From the NCBI GenBank assembly GCA_037441905.1, contig JBBIRF010000006.1, positions 18,675-82,674 of the forward strand: 64,000 nucleotides of DNA, given 5' to 3'. The stretch's first letter is position 1. Every line of letters begins with the position of its first letter. This stretch comes from Candidatus Aminicenantes bacterium (GTDB lineage: Bacteria > Acidobacteriota > Aminicenantia > Aminicenantales > CALLJL01). Below the pieces are notes generated by a model, which ran no database searches, was not told the DNA's origin, and saw only the letters and a program-made list of their open reading frames with translations. Below, one piece after another: positions 19,370-28,473 of this stretch. Both the position numbers and the translations under genes were made by a program.

Positions 19370-21376
19370 ATGCTCCTATTCTCGACTAATTTTTCCCTTC
19401 GCAAGAAAATCATCCTCCTTTTTCTAAGGTCCCTTGAGGTGCTTTTAACTCTGGTTTTAGCTCTTGGCCTCACCTCACTGGCTCGGCCTCTTAGAGGGTC
19501 GGACCTTGTTGACGTCCGGCAGGAAAAGCAAACTCAGGAGCTCCGCGAGGGACAAAAAGAAGAAAAGGAAGAGAGGGTTAGCCTCAAGGAAGAAATTGTC
19601 GTTATCGGAAAGACGCCACGGCAAGCGCCGCTGGCGACGGTTACTCGGCTCGAGCAGGCAGAAATCAGCCTTAACCGGCCGGCCAACCTGGCCGAGGTCG
19701 TCCGCCAGGCTCCTGGAGTGGCCGTGTCTTTAAACGGGAAGAATGAATTCAACCTCAGGTTGCGCGGAATGGATTCTCAGCGGTTAACGCTGCTTATCGA
19801 CGGCGCGCCCGTTTATGAACCATTCTTTGCTTCCTTCGACCTTAAAACTCTGCCGGCCACAGGACTGGAGGCAGTCCAGGTGACGACCGGCGCGGCTTCC
19901 GCCCTGTATGGTCCTAACACTTTCGGGGGTGTGGTTAATATCATCACCCAAAGGCCTTCCGCTGAACCGCGTCTCCGGTTGAGCGCCGCTCGCGGGGACC
20001 TGAAAACGACCGATTTGGGATTCGATGTTTCCCGCCTTTTTGGTCGAGTGGGCGTAGCCAGCTCGGTTAATTATCAATATTCCGATGGATTTTATATCCC
20101 CGATGGGAATAATAGAATAAAGCGGTCTCTGAGCGATTACGAACGCCTGAATTTCAACCTGAAACTTCTGGCGTATCCCAAGGCGGCTAACGAGTTAATG
20201 GCCACTTGCGGGTTCTACCGGTCGGCTTTTGGAATTCCGCCGGCGCTAAGTTTTGTCCGGCCGCGCTACTGGCGGTTTAAAGATTGGGACCGGGATTTGG
20301 TTACCCTGGGCGGACATCACGCCCTTGGCCCGGCGGCCACTTTGCTCTGGCGGGGTTTCTGGGTTAGATACCACAATGTTATGGAGCAATATAAGGATAA
20401 TTCGTTGAGCTCTCTCCAGGCTGTCAGCACTTACCGGAATGAACTCCGGGGAATTTTTCTCCTCGGCGATTATCGAGCTTCAGAGGACTGGCGATGGCGG
20501 ACGAGTTTTTCCTGGCGGCAGGAGTTAGCCCGGACTCAGGATAATACCAATCTTCCTTTTCAGTCGTTTCAGCATCAAATTGCTTCTCTGGGAATGGAAA
20601 CAGAACTAACCCTGACTCCTTCCTGGCGGCTGGTTGCCGGGAGCAGTTTAGACCGGCTGGACAAGAAGAACAGCTCGCCTTCGGTCCGACTGAACCCTTT
20701 GGCCGGAGTTTTGTTCTCCCCGGTCGAACATTTTAGCCTGCGGTTTTCCATCTCTCTCAAGTCTCGTTTCCCGTCGATGCAATCGCTTTATTCGAGCGTC
20801 GTGGGCAATCCCGACTTGATGAGCGAAAAGGGGAAGGCTTTGGAAGTGGGAATAAACTGGGAACGCTGGATCAGTGTTAAACTGACCGCTTTCGCCAACC
20901 ACTTCCGCGATATGATCGAGGCCGTCCGTCTGTCTGACGGGACCAGGCGCTTCCGGAACGTCACTTCAGCCCGGGTGAGCGGGGTCGAGTTTGAGGTGAG
21001 AAAACAGCTTCCGAAGTTATCGTTTTCAGTCCTCGGCACCTGGCTGAATCATCGCAATCAAACGGAAAACCGCCCCCTGGATACTTTGCCCTCGCGTCAG
21101 GTTAATCTTCAGGCGAGCTGGCGCCCCTCCACCTGGCTTCGGTTAAGCTGGTTCGGCCTGGCCGCCTCTCGCTCCTACTGGTATGATTTTTCGACGAATA
21201 AGCTTTTATCCATCCCGGCTTATGAAACCGCTGACCTGATTATTTCTTATGAAAGAAAATCGTTCCAACTTTTCTTTAAAATTACCAATATTTTCAATAA
21301 ATTTTATTACACTGAGCCCGGGTTTCCCTGGCGGGCCCGATATTTCGAAGCTGGCCTGAGTTACGACGTTTTCTGA
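19370..21376 (+). CDS. TonB-dependent outer-membrane receptor
   Basis: Plug motifs (RQAPGV, LRGMDSQR.TLLIDG, ALYGPNTFGGVVNIIT), beta-barrel pattern and C-terminal Phe. Start moved from 19256 to in-frame ATG 19370, downstream of an extended -10 (TG-a-TATAAT, 19249-19257). Confidence 0.9.
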   Translation: MLLFSTNFSLRKKIILLFLRSLEVLLTLVLALGLTSLARPLRGSDLVDVRQEKQTQELREGQKEEKEERVSLKEEIVVIGKTPRQAPLATVTRLEQAEISLNRPANLAEVVRQAPGVAVSLNGKNEFNLRLRGMDSQRLTLLIDGAPVYEPFFASFDLKTLPATGLEAVQVTTGAASALYGPNTFGGVVNIITQRPSAEPRLRLSAARGDLKTTDLGFDVSRLFGRVGVASSVNYQYSDGFYIPDGNNRIKRSLSDYERLNFNLKLLAYPKAANELMATCGFYRSAFGIPPALSFVRPRYWRFKDWDRDLVTLGGHHALGPAATLLWRGFWVRYHNVMEQYKDNSLSSLQAVSTYRNELRGIFLLGDYRASEDWRWRTSFSWRQELARTQDNTNLPFQSFQHQIASLGMETELTLTPSWRLVAGSSLDRLDKKNSSPSVRLNPLAGVLFSPVEHFSLRFSISLKSRFPSMQSLYSSVVGNPDLMSEKGKALEVGINWERWISVKLTAFANHFRDMIEAVRLSDGTRRFRNVTSARVSGVEFEVRKQLPKLSFSVLGTWLNHRNQTENRPLDTLPSRQVNLQASWRPSTWLRLSWFGLAASRSYWYDFSTNKLLSIPAYETADLIISYERKSFQLFFKITNIFNKFYYTEPGFPWRARYFEAGLSYDVF

Positions 21377-21533
21377 GCAAAGTCTAAGAAAGCTAACTTT
21401 GCTCCTTCCGAGCTCACTTTCAGCCAAACATTCGCTTTTTTTCTCACTCTCAGGCTGGTGATTCTTTAAGACAAGACGGCTCGTTTTCATGCCCGAGCGG
21501 GCCACCAGGAGTTAGCCGTTCTGCTTTTCTTGG

Positions 21534-22079
21534 TCAAAGGCCCAGCTCGGGGGCAATTCCCTGCATGGCTTTCAAGCAGAGAGAGATAAACTCATCCAGC
21601 TCGAGGCCGCAGTTGCGGCACATCTCGATTTCTTCTCTCCTGGCGCCGCGGGCAAAGCTCTTTTCTTTATACCGGCGCTTAATAAAATCGAGGTCGACGT
21701 TGGCCAGCTTTTTGGTCGGATGCATCAAAGCGGCGGCGACGATTAGCCCTGTTAGCGGGTCTATGGAGAAAATAGCCCAGTCGATCGCCTTCTCGCAGGG
21801 TACTTTGCCCGCATGGGCCTGGATAGCATGGAGCTGGTCGGCAGTCAGTTCCTTATCCTGAAGAATCTTGAGAGTCTCGGTAGTATGTTTTTCCGGGTCC
21901 TTCTGGGTAATCTCATAATCCAGGTCGTGAAGCAGTCCGGCAAGCCCCCACTCTTCTTCATCTTGTCCAAGCCTCTTCGCCACCTCCCGCATGCAGGCTT
22001 CGACAGCCAGGCAATGTTTAACCAGGTTGCGGTTTGATAAATGACTCTGGACGAGGTTCAAGGCTTCATCCCTTTTCAT
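21534..22079 (-). CDS. HDIG/HD-domain metal-dependent phosphohydrolase
   Basis: KHCLAVEACM, GLLHDLDYE, IQAH, KEKSFARG. Confidence 0.9.
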   Translation of the reverse strand: MKRDEALNLVQSHLSNRNLVKHCLAVEACMREVAKRLGQDEEEWGLAGLLHDLDYEITQKDPEKHTTETLKILQDKELTADQLHAIQAHAGKVPCEKAIDWAIFSIDPLTGLIVAAALMHPTKKLANVDLDFIKRRYKEKSFARGARREEIEMCRNCGLELDEFISLCLKAMQGIAPELGL

Positions 22080-22195
22080 TTAACTCTCTCCTTCCCGAGT
22101 TCATATTCGCCAAGGAAATGCCCTCGCTAAGCTCAAAATAATCAGGCTTTTCATTTTAGCATCCAAACCGCTTTTTTCCCAGTCAATCCGAAAAT

Positions 22196-22501
22196 TCAAG
22201 GGAGCGAGCGCGGGAGAACTAACTCCACATCGAGAGGGCCTGCCCCAAAATCAGGCGAAATTACCCCGATGAGCTTTCTTTTAGCTCCGCAAGCTGTCAT
22301 AGGATATCGCCGCGCTTTTTCAATGTCAGAATGAAAATTGGGCGAATAAATATCTTCCAAAATTTCCTCCAAAATATTGATGCTGTTCCTCACCCCTCTT
22401 GGAAGGAAATTTTTGCAAATCCACCTGCTCTCTTTTAACCAGTCTATCAAAAGTACTTTACGCTGCCTTTTTATAGACTCATCTTTTTTCGGAACAGCCA
22501 A
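22196..22501 (-). CDS. Hypothetical protein
   Basis: 101-aa ORF with TTG start and weak SD that fills the gap between two minus-strand genes; AT-richer than its neighbours; no recognised motif. Confidence 0.4.
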   Translation of the reverse strand: MAVPKKDESIKRQRKVLLIDWLKESRWICKNFLPRGVRNSINILEEILEDIYSPNFHSDIEKARRYPMTACGAKRKLIGVISPDFGAGPLDVELVLPRSLP

Positions 22502-22534
22502 TCTTTTTAGGTTAGAATTACTATCGAGTTACGA

Positions 22535-23893
22535 TTATTTTTGAATCACCTGGAAAGAGAGGCTTGCCCGCGATTTTCTTCTTTCATCCCTTACGTTGAC
22601 CACGAGGGTATAATCTCCGGGGTCGAGCGGCACCCAGGTCCAGGAGGCCTTCTGGTTTTCTTGCTGGACAACTTTTTTCCCCTCTCGCGAGAGCAGCGAA
22701 AACTCAAACCGCGGCCGGACAAAGCCCTTGGCCACCGCCGTAAAAGTCACCGTCTCGCCCGATTTTAGCGGCGGCGAGACGGAGGAAACGAGGGTTACTT
22801 CCTCCTCTGGTTCGAGAAAACGCCAGAATCCCTTGCCCGATAAAGGGTCAAAAGTAGCTATGGCCAGCAAATTATCGAGGAAAAAGACCGGCGAGCTGAT
22901 TTCCCCCTCGACTTCCCATCGGCCAAGCTCCCGGCCGCTTTCGCCGTCGAACCCAATAAGCGGCGGGTTGAGCGTGGCTACCAAAATCGTCTCGCCGCAA
23001 GCCAGCAACCCAAACACGGAGGGCGAAGGCAGAGGCCTCCACCACTTGATTTCGCCGCTCCGCAAGCTAAGGCAATAAAGCACGGCGTTCGAAGCCGGGA
23101 CATAGAGTTTTTTCTCGACCACCAAGGGGTTGGCAGTCACCTCCCCCCCTAATTTCAATTTCCAGGCCGGCCGCTTTTTCTTAAGATCCCAGCAGAGAAC
23201 AGACCTGTCGCCCGTGGCTAAAACAAGTTTGTCTTCCGAGCCAAAAACAAACGGCAAAAGCCCCTGACCAGTTGAACCAACAAGATTCTGGCGTCCGCTG
23301 GAAGAAAAAAGGTATATCTTGCCCAACGAGCTAAGGGCTGCAAGGCTGGTAGAAGAGAGAATCGCCAAGGCTCTGACAGGGCTATCCACTTCGGCCCGCC
23401 AGGCCATTTCTCCTGAAGAGGTCGTAAGGGCGACAACCTGATTCTTCCCCAAAGCCAGGATTAGCTTGTCATCCCAAACCACTTGTGGGCCTTCATGGGT
23501 TTCAGGAAGCTTTTTTCCCCATAACAACTTACCTTCCGGCGAAAAACAGGATAAGTTATTATCCTGGTCGACGACGAGCAAGTTATTATCGGCCAGGGAG
23601 GGAGCGGTAAGGATGGGATGGGATAAGCGAAATGTCCAGATAATTTTTTGCTCCTTGAGGTCAAAGCAGACTAACTCGCCCGCTTCACTATAGGCGTAAG
23701 CCCGATTCTGGCTATAAACCAGGTTTGGACCAGGCCTTCCTGATAAAGGAAAAAAGGTCCTTTCTTTTAAGGGAAAAGTCAGGAAGAAAGACAACGGAGA
23801 AGTTTTCTCCTCATCTTTACCCCAGGGGAAAGCCCAAACTACCAGGAAAAACACACCCAGCAAGAACGACCAGCGCCGCTTTTTCAAAGCCAT
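22535..23893 (-). CDS. PQQ-like beta-propeller (BamB-like) exported protein with C-terminal Ig-like/triple-tyrosine-type domain
   Basis: Start moved to MALKKRR (23893). Signal-peptide-like N-terminus, repeated G..W blades (GKLLW, GEMAW, GEIKW), C-terminal WTWVP..PGDYTLVVNVRD. Confidence 0.82.
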   Translation of the reverse strand: MALKKRRWSFLLGVFFLVVWAFPWGKDEEKTSPLSFFLTFPLKERTFFPLSGRPGPNLVYSQNRAYAYSEAGELVCFDLKEQKIIWTFRLSHPILTAPSLADNNLLVVDQDNNLSCFSPEGKLLWGKKLPETHEGPQVVWDDKLILALGKNQVVALTTSSGEMAWRAEVDSPVRALAILSSTSLAALSSLGKIYLFSSSGRQNLVGSTGQGLLPFVFGSEDKLVLATGDRSVLCWDLKKKRPAWKLKLGGEVTANPLVVEKKLYVPASNAVLYCLSLRSGEIKWWRPLPSPSVFGLLACGETILVATLNPPLIGFDGESGRELGRWEVEGEISSPVFFLDNLLAIATFDPLSGKGFWRFLEPEEEVTLVSSVSPPLKSGETVTFTAVAKGFVRPRFEFSLLSREGKKVVQQENQKASWTWVPLDPGDYTLVVNVRDERRKSRASLSFQVIQK

Positions 23894-23914
23894 ACCACCC
23901 CCAATAATAATAAA

Positions 23915-23945
23915 AAACCGGGACATGTTCTATATTTCCTATTTT
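23915..23945 (+). repeat. Dispersed bipartite repeat, copy E
   Basis: AAACCGGGACA-TGTTC-TATATTTCCTATTTT; same 15-bp right box as copies A-D, ~19 kb away. Confidence 0.85.
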
Positions 23946-23977
23946 TCTTGCCCTGGAAAGTAGGAACCCACAGATAG

Positions 23978-24010
23978 CTACACACCTATTTTTATCTACA
24001 CACCTATTTT
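23978..24010 (+). repeat. 15-bp direct repeat x2
   Basis: CTACACACCTATTTT at 23978 and 23996 (18-bp period); shares the CCTATTTT end with the bipartite repeat. Confidence 0.8.
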
Positions 24011-24171
24011 CTATCTTCTTAGCCTATTACTTACGGTGCGGGCGAAAGCTAAGTAATAGAATATGGCCATGTTGCCATCCCTCTTTTTTGCCTGAGCATC
24101 AAAATGCCAAGGATCAAATGGAGATGCTATTAGCCTGTTGACCTCCGAAACCCGCCGGAAAAACGGATGCC

Positions 24172-24200
24172 TTTACATCAATTGAGGAAGTTGGTATCAT
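24172..24200 (+). promoter_or_regulatory. Sigma70-type promoter of small CxxC ORF
   Basis: TTTACA-N17-TATCAT. Confidence 0.65.
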
Positions 24201-24224
24201 GCGAGCAAGATGATTAATTACATT

Positions 24225-24380
24225 ATGCTTTATAAAATTAGAAAAAAAGTTAAGAAGATTATTCAGGATAAAATCGAGGACGGCGAGCTGGCGACGACCG
24301 AAAAATCGTGCCTCGGCTGCCTGGCTGATGATATCAGCTGGGAAATTTATTACCTATTAAAAGAAAAAGAGGAAAAATAG
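24225..24380 (+). CDS. Small 51-aa protein with CxxC (below ORF-track cut-off)
   Basis: MLYKIRKKVKKIIQDKIEDGELATTEKSCLGCLADDISWEIYYLLKEKEEK*; has its own promoter; alternative in-frame ATG at 24210. Confidence 0.7.
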   Translation: MLYKIRKKVKKIIQDKIEDGELATTEKSCLGCLADDISWEIYYLLKEKEEK

Positions 24381-24442
24381 CCGCTTTTTGACCTGGATTT
24401 AATATTGGCCCCAGATTAGGAAGAGGCAAATTTCATCCTTCT

Positions 24443-25792
24443 TCAGGCATCTTCAGGTGGCTTTTTTTCCTCTCCGCCTTCCTCGGCGGCACTCTCTTTC
24501 CGTAATCTTTCTTTTATTTTCGCCCACCATTCGAGCCGCTTCTTAACCTCTTTTTCCAAGCCAAGCTCACCCGGGTGGTAGTATCTCTTTCCCTTTAACC
24601 GCGGGGGCATGGTTTCCATGGCTGAGGTGGCTTCATCGCGGTCATGGGCATACTCATACCCGCTGCCATAACCTATTTCTTTCATTAGCGAGGTCACGGG
24701 GTTTCGCAGATGAAGCGGCACGGGCTCATAAGGCCCTTCCTCTGCATCTCGCATGGCTTCTAAGAAGGCCAAATAAACGCGGTTGCTTTTCGGCGCCGCG
24801 GCCAAGTAAATCACCGCCTGAGCCAGAGCGAGTTCGCCTTCAGGCGTCCCGAGGAAATCATACACCTCCTTGGCTGCCAGAGCGATGTCCAGGGCCCGGG
24901 GGTCAGCCAGCCCGATGTCTTCAGCCGCAAACCTGACCAAACGCCGGGCAATGACCAAAGGGTCCTCGCCGGCCGCCAGCATTCTCGCCAGCCAGTAGAG
25001 CCCGGCGTCAACATCGCTGTTGCGCAAGCTCTTATGCAGAGCAGAAAGAAGGTTGTAGTGTTCTTCGCCGCTCTTATCATAGAGAAGCGTCTTTTTTTGC
25101 AGTGCCTCGCCGACCTCGTTCGGCCCTATCTCCTGGCCGCGGGCCAGGCTGGCGGCAATTTCCAGAGTGTTGAGGGCTCGTCGGCCATCGCCGTCAGCGT
25201 TGGCAATGATCATTTTTCTCGCCTCCGGCAGGAGGGAAAGCTTCTTTCGGCCGAGGCCGTTCTCTTCATCCGCCAGGGCATCATCAATAATCCGGTTGAG
25301 GGCGGTCTCATCAAGGGGTTTCAGGAGGAGGACTTTGGTCCTCGAAAGCAAAGGCCCGATGATTTCAAACGAGGGGTTTTCAGTCGTCGAGCCAAAAAGA
25401 ATTATGTCCCCCCGCTCGACATATGGCAGAAACGCCCCCTGCTGGGCCTTATTGAAACGATGAATCTCGTCGATGAAAATGATGCTCGGCTGACCGTAAA
25501 GCTTTTTGTGGTTCTCAGCCTGAGCCATTGCTTCTTTAATTTCTTTAATCCCGGCCAAAACCGCGCTGAAAAACAAGCAAGGAAGGTTAAAATGCTCGGC
25601 CAGAAGATATCCCAGGGTGGTCTTTCCCGACCCTGGAGGCCCCCAGAAGATGAGCGAGACCAATTGCCCTGTCTGGATAAGTTCGTTCAGGATTTTCCCG
25701 GGTCCAAGAAGATGGTCCTGCCCGTAAAAGCGGTCAAATCCCCGCGGCCTCATCCTCTCTGCCAGAGGAATCTGCGGGATATTCCGGTTCAT
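24443..25792 (-). CDS. rarA: Replication-associated recombination protein A (MgsA/RarA)
   Basis: PLAERMRP, WGPPGSGKTT, FIDEIHRFNKAQQ, TTENPSF, HKSLRNSD, EDIGLADP. Confidence 0.97.
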   Translation of the reverse strand: MNRNIPQIPLAERMRPRGFDRFYGQDHLLGPGKILNELIQTGQLVSLIFWGPPGSGKTTLGYLLAEHFNLPCLFFSAVLAGIKEIKEAMAQAENHKKLYGQPSIIFIDEIHRFNKAQQGAFLPYVERGDIILFGSTTENPSFEIIGPLLSRTKVLLLKPLDETALNRIIDDALADEENGLGRKKLSLLPEARKMIIANADGDGRRALNTLEIAASLARGQEIGPNEVGEALQKKTLLYDKSGEEHYNLLSALHKSLRNSDVDAGLYWLARMLAAGEDPLVIARRLVRFAAEDIGLADPRALDIALAAKEVYDFLGTPEGELALAQAVIYLAAAPKSNRVYLAFLEAMRDAEEGPYEPVPLHLRNPVTSLMKEIGYGSGYEYAHDRDEATSAMETMPPRLKGKRYYHPGELGLEKEVKKRLEWWAKIKERLRKESAAEEGGEEKKPPEDA

Positions 25793-25900
25793 TAATTTTT
25801 ATTATAAACCTTTCCTCGCCAAGCGTCTAATAGCGAAAACCCGCCTGTTTATCGCTCGGGGAATCCTTGACCTTAGAAGCTAAGAAGTGTTAACTTAAGC

Positions 25901-26305
25901 ATGTTTAAGCCTGAATCTGGGCGGAAAAACTGGTTTAGAATGAAAAACCCACGGCCGAAAGAAAAGCTAGTATATCGCTTGGAAGAGGTAAGCCGGCTCG
26001 CCCAGCTTCCACCCGACGTCATCAACCGCTGGGAAGAAGAATTTCCTTTTCTCCACGCCGGCCTAACTTCAAAAGGTCAGAAAGTCTTCCGGCGGCAAGA
26101 TGTCGAAATTATTCTCCGGTTAAAGGAGCTTCTGTACAAAGAAAAACTCACCCTCGCCGGGGCCAAAAGAAAAATCGAGGAAGAATTCGGTTGGCAAACT
26201 AAAAGCTCGATCCATCCCGATAAGCTGAGGAAGGTGCTGACAGAGCTAAGGGACCAGCTCCAGGAAATAAAGGACAGTCTTGAAAAAAATACGCGGAAAA
26301 GATAA
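25901..26305 (+). CDS. MerR-family HTH regulator
   Basis: YRLEEVS......VINRWEEEFP, YKEKLTLAGAK; directly upstream of tRNA-Pro(GGG). Confidence 0.88.
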   Translation: MFKPESGRKNWFRMKNPRPKEKLVYRLEEVSRLAQLPPDVINRWEEEFPFLHAGLTSKGQKVFRRQDVEIILRLKELLYKEKLTLAGAKRKIEEEFGWQTKSSIHPDKLRKVLTELRDQLQEIKDSLEKNTRKR

Positions 26306-26317
26306 ATTGAAAAAAGT

Positions 26318-26394
26318 CGGGACGTGGCGCAGCCTGGTAGCGCACATGCTTGGGGTGCATGGGGTCGGCGGTTCAAATCCGCCCGTCCCGACCA
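26318..26394 (+). tRNA. tRNA-Pro (GGG)
   Basis: Acceptor CGGGACG/CGTCCCG, anticodon arm CATGC-TTGGGGT-GCATG, T-loop GGTTCAAATCC, encoded CCA. Confidence 0.98.
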
Positions 26395-26523
26395 CCCTTA
26401 TCTTTTGGCCTAAAACAGCCCGCTCGAAATATCAGCGACGAGTTCTTATTTTTGCCTTCCACTCTGGTTTCCTGAATACTCAGGCTTTGGGAGGAACGCT
26501 CATCGATAAAAGGAGAAGGACCA

Positions 26524-26859
26524 ATGACAACTCAACGAGGCGAAGATATCAAAGCCCGTGTCCTCAGCCTTAAAGACCTGATAGCTTACCAGCCAGCGGC
26601 GGTCGTCAGCCGGGAAATCCTCAGACAAAAGACCGGCAGTGTCACCCTTTTTGCTTTAGCGGCCGGCGAGCAGCTTAGCGAGCACACGGCTCCTTTCGAC
26701 GCCCTGGTCTTTGTCCTCGAAGGTAACCTGGAAGTAACGATAAGCCACCAACCCCACTCGCTCCAGGCAGGCGAGATGATCATCATGCCGGCTCACCAGC
26801 CTCATGCCCTCCGCGCCCTGAACCAGACGAAGATGATGCTGGTGATGATTAGAGCCTGA
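26524..26859 (+). CDS. Cupin domain protein
   Basis: LSEHTAPFDALVFVLEG, AGEMIIMPAHQPHAL. Confidence 0.92.
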   Translation: MTTQRGEDIKARVLSLKDLIAYQPAAVVSREILRQKTGSVTLFALAAGEQLSEHTAPFDALVFVLEGNLEVTISHQPHSLQAGEMIIMPAHQPHALRALNQTKMMLVMIRA

Positions 26860-26865
26860 GCCAGG

Positions 26866-27627
26866 ATGGCGCCGTTAATTCTCTTAACGAACGACGACGG
26901 TTTTTTCTCTGCAGGCCTCGAAGCCCTGCGCCGCCACGCTGAAAGTCTGGGCACAGTTTATACCGTCGCGCCGGACCGGGAGCGAAGCGCCACCTCGCTC
27001 TCACTAACGCTCCACCGGCCCCTTCGCGTCCAGCCTATAAGGCAGAATGTCTTTGCCGTCGACGGGACTCCAGCCGACTGTGTTTACCTGGCAGTCCAGA
27101 AGCTCCTTCCTTGCCGGCCAGACCTTGTTCTCTCCGGAATAAACCGGGGCCCTAACCTGGGCCGGCAGGATGTGGCCTACTCGGGCACAGCGGCGGCTGC
27201 TCTGCAGGCAGCTTTTCTCGACCTCAGGTCGCTGGCTATCTCCCTCCTGCCCGATGTGACCGGTTTTTACGACTTCGAAAAAGCCGCGGCGACGGTATTC
27301 CCCCTTATATCCTACTTTCTCCAATTTCCCCTTCCCCCTGGCCTGGCTGTGAATATTAACCTTCCGCCGCCGCCGATTAAAGGCGTGAAAGTGGCTCCCC
27401 TGGGCGAAAAATGTTATCGCCCTCAAATCATCGAAAACATCGACCCTCGCGGGAAAGCCTATTACTGGATAGGTTCGGGAGACCCCGAGGTAAAGCAGTT
27501 CGAGGGCACGGATATCGAGGCTGTAAGAGAAGGATACATGGCCATTACGCCTCTAAGGGTTGATTTTACGGCAACTGATTATCTTCAGTCATCTTTCTGG
27601 GAAAAGGTCATTCAGCTTTTCTGTTGA
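26866..27627 (+). CDS. surE: 5'/3'-nucleotidase SurE
   Basis: ILLTNDDG, VAPDRERSATS, DGTPADCV, SGINRGPN, YSGT. Confidence 0.97.
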   Translation: MAPLILLTNDDGFFSAGLEALRRHAESLGTVYTVAPDRERSATSLSLTLHRPLRVQPIRQNVFAVDGTPADCVYLAVQKLLPCRPDLVLSGINRGPNLGRQDVAYSGTAAAALQAAFLDLRSLAISLLPDVTGFYDFEKAAATVFPLISYFLQFPLPPGLAVNINLPPPPIKGVKVAPLGEKCYRPQIIENIDPRGKAYYWIGSGDPEVKQFEGTDIEAVREGYMAITPLRVDFTATDYLQSSFWEKVIQLFC

Positions 27628-28274
27628 AGGGCGGGCGGTTTTTTCCGCCGCTGTCGCCAGACCTCGTGGACGACCGGAATCATAGAAAGCAAAATAATCG
27701 CAACAATAACCAGGCTGAAATTCCGCCGGACAAACGGAATATTCCCGAAAAAATAACCCCCGGTAACAAAAAGCGCGACCCACAAAATACCCCCAATAAT
27801 GTTATAACTTAAAAAACGGCCATAACTCATCCGGCCAATCCCGGCAACAAACGGAGCAAAGGAGCGGACAATAGGCACGAAGCGGGCGATAATTATAGTT
27901 TCAGCTCCGTACTTTTCGTAAAACTCGTGCGTCCGGTCTAAATACTCTCGCCGGAAAAAACGGCTGTTTTCTTTTTGAAAAACTTTCGGGCCGATAAAAT
28001 GGCCTATCCAATAATTGGCCGTGTCGCCGAGAATAGCCGCGGCGCTGAGAATGAAAAAAAGTAGCCAGGGGTTGAGGGCTCCGATGGCCGCAAAAGCGCC
28101 GGCGGCAAAAAGCAAGGAATCGCCCGGAAGAAACGGCGTGACCACAAACCCGGTCTCGAGAAAAATGACGAAAAAGAGAAGAAAATAGGTCCAGAACCCG
28201 TAGGTCTGGATCAGGCTACCAAGATGGCGGTCGAGGTGGAGGACAAAATCGAAAAACCGACTGATGATATCCAT
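27612..28274 (-). CDS. dedA: DedA family membrane protein
   Basis: FLETGFVVTPFLPGDSLLF, GDTANYWIG, ARFVPIVRSFAPFVAG. Confidence 0.95.
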   Translation of the reverse strand: MDIISRFFDFVLHLDRHLGSLIQTYGFWTYFLLFFVIFLETGFVVTPFLPGDSLLFAAGAFAAIGALNPWLLFFILSAAAILGDTANYWIGHFIGPKVFQKENSRFFRREYLDRTHEFYEKYGAETIIIARFVPIVRSFAPFVAGIGRMSYGRFLSYNIIGGILWVALFVTGGYFFGNIPFVRRNFSLVIVAIILLSMIPVVHEVWRQRRKKPPALQQKS

Positions 28275-28473
28275 TTTCTCTCGAACAGTCTTCCTCTTTT
28301 ATTCCAGGAAGGAGAAAAGTGTCAAGAGAAAAAAGAAAAACCTTTAAAGTTTCCGGCTCCGACCTCGGCTGAAAATTAAGCGGGAGCTACCCTTTTTTCC
28401 CGAGGAATAAGAAATTGGGCCTCGAACACTCTGCCTCCGAGATGAAGCGCAGCCTCGGGCTCCGCTTTGAAGC

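Noticed and set aside
26370-26394. tRNA-Pro 3' ends as possible integration sites
   Set aside because: No duplicated tRNA 3' end and no integrase found in the window.
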